64,000 nucleotides of DNA, taken from assembly GCF_000143415.4 (NCBI RefSeq), contig NW_003314292.1:250825-314824 (forward strand), in the 5' to 3' direction. The stretch is from Selaginella moellendorffii. Its lineage: Eukaryota > Plantae > Lycopodiophyta. Positions 58,603 to 64,000 of this stretch are shown here, piece by piece. The translations under genes were made by a program, and so were the position numbers. Every line of letters starts with the position of its first letter. Within the stretch, counting starts at the first letter, position 1. The notes beneath the pieces were generated by a model. It was not told the origin of the DNA and searched no databases. It worked only from the letters and a program-made list of their open reading frames with translations.

Positions 58603-59996
58603 TTACATGCTTTCGAGAACCTTGAGCGTCTCCATGGCGTGCTTCTCGGGCTGGAACTGGTTGTTGAAGACGAGCCGCACAACACCTTTTTTGTCGATCA
58701 CGTAAGTTTGCCTTCCCGGCAGCGAGCCAAAGAAGTCGCCGGGGATTCCCCAGTCCTTTCTCAGCTTGTTTCCTTCGTCGGTGAGCAGCGTGAATGGAAG
58801 CCGGTATTTCTTCGCAAATGCCTGCGAATAGCGAAAGATCCAACGTTAGAACTCTGAAACTTTGGAGCACTAAAGCTAAATACTTCGATCGGCTGGCCAG
58901 AAACTATCAGAGAACTCATAAATACTCTCACCAAGATTGGAAACACAATCCAATCTCTAGGGAACAAAATTCTTAGCAAATGATCTAACGGAACTCGCAA
59001 AACTGGAAGATCTCTGAAACATTTGAGCACAAAGCTGAAAGCGTCGATCGGCTGGCCAGAAACTATTAGAGTGAACACTCGGGGAAACTCTCACGATGTA
59101 TGGAAACACAAAACCAAGTATATCACAATCCAATCTGGTATAATCTGAAACTTTCAAAAGCAAAAAGCTTCGATCGGCTGGCCAGAAACTATCAGCAAAG
59201 TTGATCGAGAAACTCTCTCAAAACCCAATCCAATCTTGAAACTTTCGAGCACAAAAGCTAAGAGCTTATCAGTGACCACTTCGAAAAGCTCGTAAAAACT
59301 CTCACACAAAACCAATCCAGCAGTCCAAATTCTAAGATCTCTAAGACCTTGGAAGACGAAAGAAGCTGGGAATCAAGCAATGTACCTTGTGAGACTCTGG
59401 AGTATCGGCACTGATGCCAATCACTTCCGCTCCAGCCTTCCTGAATTTATCGTAAGAATCCCGAAACGCGCAAGCCTGATCGATCAGAGATTAGACAAGG
59501 CAAGGATTTTATTTTATTTTTCCTACCTCTTTGGTGCATCCTGGCGACTCATCGGCCGGATAGAAGTACAAGACCACAGGCTTGTTCTTAAACTTGGATG
59601 AATTCACCACTCGCCCCTCCTGGTCCTTGAGATTGAACGAGGGGAGAACATCGCCCTGGCTCAGCTGCACGTAATCCCTTGCTCAGAGCCCTACACTATG
59701 AATCTTCTCAGGAATCCATCCATCCCAAGATTGGCACTCGAAATTTTTTTGAGAAAATCCTCGCAATGCGGGCATCTTACCTTGCAGCTCGTGGAAAGAA
59801 GCGTCCTGGACGGCGATTTCGCGACTCCCAGGCCGCAAACCCTGCGAAACAAGCTGGATTCCGCGGCGATTGACGAGCTGGCGAGGCATGGAGGCCGGAG
59901 AATCGCTGCGCAGGAGGAGGATGCCGGGGATTTGCGAGGCGCAGCGGCGGCGAGCACTGCTCCTCCACAGAGCGGAGCCGCTGACGAAGAAGCCAT
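58603..59996 (-). CDS. PRXQ: Peroxiredoxin Q, chloroplastic
   Basis: Transit peptide; KPVVLYFYPADESPGCTKE|ACAFRD; AFAKKYRLPFTLLTDEGNKLRKDWG; LPGRQTYVIDK; NNQFQPEKH. Confidence 0.95.
58850..59320. repeat. Degenerate minisatellite inside the last PrxQ intron
   Basis: Exact 23-mer tcgatcggctggccagaaactat at 58885, 59044 and 59170; the flanks also repeat (tgaaac..gagcac.aaagct, caatccaatct). Confidence 0.85.
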
Positions 59997-60443
59997 GGTT
60001 TTGGGCTTCTTTGCTTTCAAAGCTCTCCCGGTTTATTGGCCGTTGGATTGCTCTCCAATTGGACGGTCATGATTTTATATAGCCTTGCGAGAATTGAACT
60101 AAAGATAAATAATGGAGATTTAAGTAATGTGAATCTCCGGAAGGGCCTAGAGATATCTCTTCCAGGTCTGGAACTACGTGGCACGTTTTGGAGGCTCGGA
60201 AGCCAGGCCTATCGCGAGAAAACGAACGCCCTGTGAGCTTCCACGTCGAGGCATCTGGGGCCGTCCATTCTCAAACACTCCAGCGCAACGTGGGAGTGGT
60301 GGTACTTTTACTTAAAGGAGAGTCACTCGCTCGCTGGCTGGAAATCCTTTTAGACACAGGGAAGAACACCACCTACATTGGCGTGTGAGTTCTTCCCACT
60401 TTGTTGGAGCGCCAGGAGCGATCGCGAGCTTGAGTTGGGTTGA

Positions 60444-61419
60444 ATGGCACAGGCTGCTCTTCTCTCGCGCGTCACAACAGCCCTCAATGGGATCGCCCAG
60501 CAGAGGCTTTCATCGACGAGATCAAATGCCATTGGGGGATCATCGCAGCAGCTCCTAGGACAGAGGTTGGGTGTGGTTGTGACACCGCAGCATTTCAGCA
60601 GCGCTAGCAGGATCGTTCGCACCTTTGCTCTCAAGAGCAAGGCTCCGGCAACGAGTAAAAAGGTAGCCTTGAAGAAGCCACTCTTTCCACTACGTGTAGC
60701 GATTTGAGATTTACATTGTTTTGGGCAGTCGAAGAGCACTGTCGAGGATGGCATCTTCGGGACCTCTGGAGGGATTGGATTCACCAAGCAGAATGAATTG
60801 TTCGTGGGAAGGGTCGCAATGATCGGCTTTGCAGTAAGTTCCTCTCAATATGACAGTAACGATTACGTAGTAATCTTGCAAATCGTAGGCCTCGCTGCTT
60901 GGAGAGGCAATCACTGGAAAGGGAGTCCTGGCACAGTTTGATCTGGAGACTGGGATTCCATTGAACGAGACGGAGCCTTTGCTGCTCTTTTTCATCCTCT
61001 TCACCCTGTTGGGAGCCATTGGTGCTTTGGGTGACAGAGGAAAATTCGTTGACGAAACACCAGGGCCTATCATCGAACCGGGCAAAGGGTTTAAATCCGC
61101 CATTGGGCTGAAAGAAAAAGGTAACGTATTTCTCTAATCATCTCAGTGATCATATTTCTATGGTTTGATCACAGGCCCAGTGTTTGGATTCACCAAATCG
61201 AACGAGCTCTTTGTTGGTCGGCTCGCACAGTTGGGAATTGCGTTCTCTATAATTGGTGAGCTTATAACTGGCAAGGGAGCGTTGGCGCAGCTCAACATAG
61301 AGACTGGAGTGCCTATCACTGAGATTGAACCCCTTTTGTTGTTCAACATAATCTTCTTCTTCATTGCAGCCATCAATCCTGGGACGGGTAGGTTCATTGC
61401 TGATAATGAAGAAGAGTGA
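60444..61419 (+). CDS. PSBS: Photosystem II 22-kDa protein PsbS (4 exons)
   Basis: VEDGIFGTSGGIGFTKQNELFVGRVAMIGFA; GPVFGFTKSNELFVGRLAQLG; AINPGTGRFI. Confidence 0.97.
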
Positions 61420-62420
61420 ATGTACGGACTGATTTTGTCACAAACAACCTTAATTAAATGTCCTTAAGATTTATTATAATCCAGTGGGGAATGATCAAAA
61501 CATGTCACCAAACTGACAGCTCGGCCCAGAGTTTGTATAAGTGTCACTAGGCATCAGGCCTCAAATATTAATCATGTAGAGTCCCAACCAAGAAAGAAAC
61601 ATCACTGACAGATTTCCTCAACTGGCTACAAAAACCATCAGAAATCCCATGGTGAGGGCATTGAAGTGCAAGAATGTGCTGTAGCCCATTCCCCACATTA
61701 ACACCCTCTCACACAACAATGATTCAACTCAAGGTACTTGTATGGGGTGTTGCAAACCTCAAGACCTCTCTCAATGGAAAATCCAAATCCTAACTCAAAT
61801 TATAAGTTTTATCACACTTCCAAAAGATAATTTTTAAACATCTATGTTGTCATCCCTTTTATAAGTCTCAAATCCACTTGGATCCCAACCACTTGATTGT
61901 TAATCCCTTTGAATCATTAGAAAATTTTATATGCCACTTAAGCCACCTTGTGTCATGAATATGATTGTAGGTATTAAAGTTATTTATTGGCAAGTCTTTT
62001 AAGATATTTTTTTCTTATTACCATGATAGTAGGAGGTTAGTATTGTTAATTCTCTTGTTAGTCACTCTTTATTGAATTAAACTGTGTGATAAATATAAAG
62101 TAAAAACTCTTATATATTTTCTTATTGATCATATTTAGCTTAGTAGTTTTCTTTGCTCTGTTTTGTGTTAGTCAAGTGTCCAAATTCATAATTTAGTGCC
62201 ATTCTATATTTAGTAAATTTCGAGTTAGTTCTAAAGACTAATTCCTTATACTAATGGCTTGATAAGAACCCTTATATATTGAGTACTAGTCCCTCAATAT
62301 TGTTATGTAATAACTTACTATTTCTGTTAAACACTTTCACTATTATGTGATCTTAGTTTCAATCCCATTAACAAAATGTTTAGATTTATTAATGAAGCAT
62401 ATCTATGAAATGTAAAAAAT

Positions 62421-63989
62421 GTATGAAGTTTGGGCTTAGACCCAAGTTAGATACAAAAAAAATACACACCTAGCAAAGAGCTAAATAATACCTTAGGTTG
62501 GTTAGCCATACTCAATCTATCTATTATCCTTATTATACATTTGAAACCCCTATATAAAGCTTTTACTTTTGTCCTAAAAAATAATTTTTAGGACAAACTT
62601 GAAGACTTATTAAATATAGAATGACACTAAATTGTAAATTTGGTACCACTATGTTTAAGCATGTTAGCCATATCCTTACATTAGGCCACTAATATAGTTT
62701 TTGCTTAACCATACGACAAAATTTAACCTTTAGATACATGTGCCAAGGAAAACAAAGTAGGACCTAAGTTTTAGGGCCTTGGGCTATTTAATAAAGGAAT
62801 AGTGCTAAACTCCTGAGAGTATAGATAAAAAGTTAAGGAACATGAGTAGAGAGCAATATTGAAATAGTTTTAAAGAATCTAAAATGTCAACACTAAGATC
62901 TAGTAATTCAGCTTATGGTATAAAGTTAAAACTATATGCACTATATTTGGTATTAGAATATTTGTCTTAATGAGTACTATTTAACAAGAATGGGCAATTA
63001 AGCTAGTTGCATATGTAAAGATGAGAATAATGATTTAAGTGGGTATATATTTAGTTTTTGTGGCTTCATATTTCTCCTCGAGTATCAATTTTGGCTATAC
63101 CATTTTGTACTATATTGTATAAGCTTTCATTTTGGCTTATTTGATCAATCTTGAGATATACCATTTGTATGAGATACACCTAGGCTCGTGAGTGAAATGA
63201 GATATATTAGCAACTTAAAGTTATACTTTGAGTTGGTAAGATTGGTAATTACCATTAATTATTACCATAAAAATAAGCTTCCCTTGGTTTGCCATGAGTG
63301 GCAAACAGGCCAGTCTATGGCTATTTAGCATGATATTAGTAGTGATCCTTCCTAATGCATGATTATGAACAAGATTGTAGACATTTTTCTATTAATTTAA
63401 GTAGTTATTGTTGTAATTTTTTAAAACTTTTCTTCCACAATGGCAAAAGATCAGTATTGCTAAACCATTTATTAGTTTCCACTCAAGTCAGTTGAGAAAT
63501 TATTCATCACATGTTCATTTTACTTAATGAGTATAAAGACAAAAATTTTAAGTGCTTTAGAAAAACTCATTCTTTAGCTTGCACTTGCTATTGTTGTTAG
63601 TGTTATTGAGCCTAGTCCCTTAATATTTGCTAGATTATAATTTATTATTTGTTAGATACTCTCACTATCATTCCCCATGTGATATTTATAGAAAGTATCT
63701 AATGTTTTACTTAAATATATTTATGAATTTTAAAGAATGTCTTAAATACAATGATATTGTTTTCACATTCGAATTTATAATCTAACACCATTTCATATTT
63801 AGTAAGTTTTCAAGTATGTCCCAAAGACTATCTCCTAGGACTAAAGTAAAAGCCTATAGCAAATTTATGTATAATAGAGATAGTAAGTAGATTAGGCATG
63901 GCCAACTAGTCTAAGGTATTTTTTGGCTCTCTATTAAGTGTATCTATTTTTGTTTTGCATTTAACTTGGGTCTAAACCCAATTCCATAC
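62421..63989. mobile_element. Degenerate non-autonomous element with long (~210-bp) terminal inverted repeats (MULE/foldback-like)
   Basis: 62421 gtatgaagtttgggcttagacccaagttagatac... is the reverse complement of ...gcatttaacttgggtctaaacccaattccatac 63989; homology continues inward to ~62630/63780; AT-rich, CpG-depleted, no ORFs. Confidence 0.6.
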
Positions 63990-64000
63990 CATGCTAGCTA

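Noticed and set aside
58885-59192. CRISPR-like repeat/spacer pattern
   Set aside because: Spacers are over 100 bp and similar to each other; it lies in a eukaryotic intron with no cas genes.
61503-61960. Possible solo LTR after PsbS
   Set aside because: Composition is suggestive, but no second LTR, PBS/PPT or TSD could be established.

Overview
Gene-dense nuclear DNA of a non-seed land plant. Introns of about 50-60 bp, tiny intergenic gaps and short-repeat PLS-PPR genes point to a lycophyte such as Selaginella (inference). It holds about 24 protein genes: plastid RRM-like protein, Exo70, SRPBCC/polyketide-cyclase-like protein, euAP2 TF, fibrillin, FAD-linked oxidase, 2 PPRs, Gfo/Idh/MocA oxidoreductase, 3 adjacent PORR genes, NIP-like RING-H2, sterol C14-reductase, lipase-3, Yip1, SMO2, FAD monooxygenase, GT106 rhamnosyltransferase-like, DUF2358-like, AGO4-clade Argonaute, PrxQ and PsbS. 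An AT-rich accessory island (about 35-46 kb) contains three decaying, highly divergent BEL-type TALE homeobox copies, PPR debris, a 63-bp plastid 16S rRNA insert and a recent ~2-kb tandem duplication carrying two intact secreted 10-Cys proteins resembling the fungal/viral KP4 killer toxin, which is the most interesting signal. Two other genes also look fungal: an intronless bi-covalent FAD oxidase and, at the left edge, a Crinkler-like SAM + restriction-endonuclease-fold gene missing from the ORF track. The right end is degenerate transposon DNA with long inverted repeats. All family calls come from motif recognition by eye; no searches were run, and exon boundaries were read manually.
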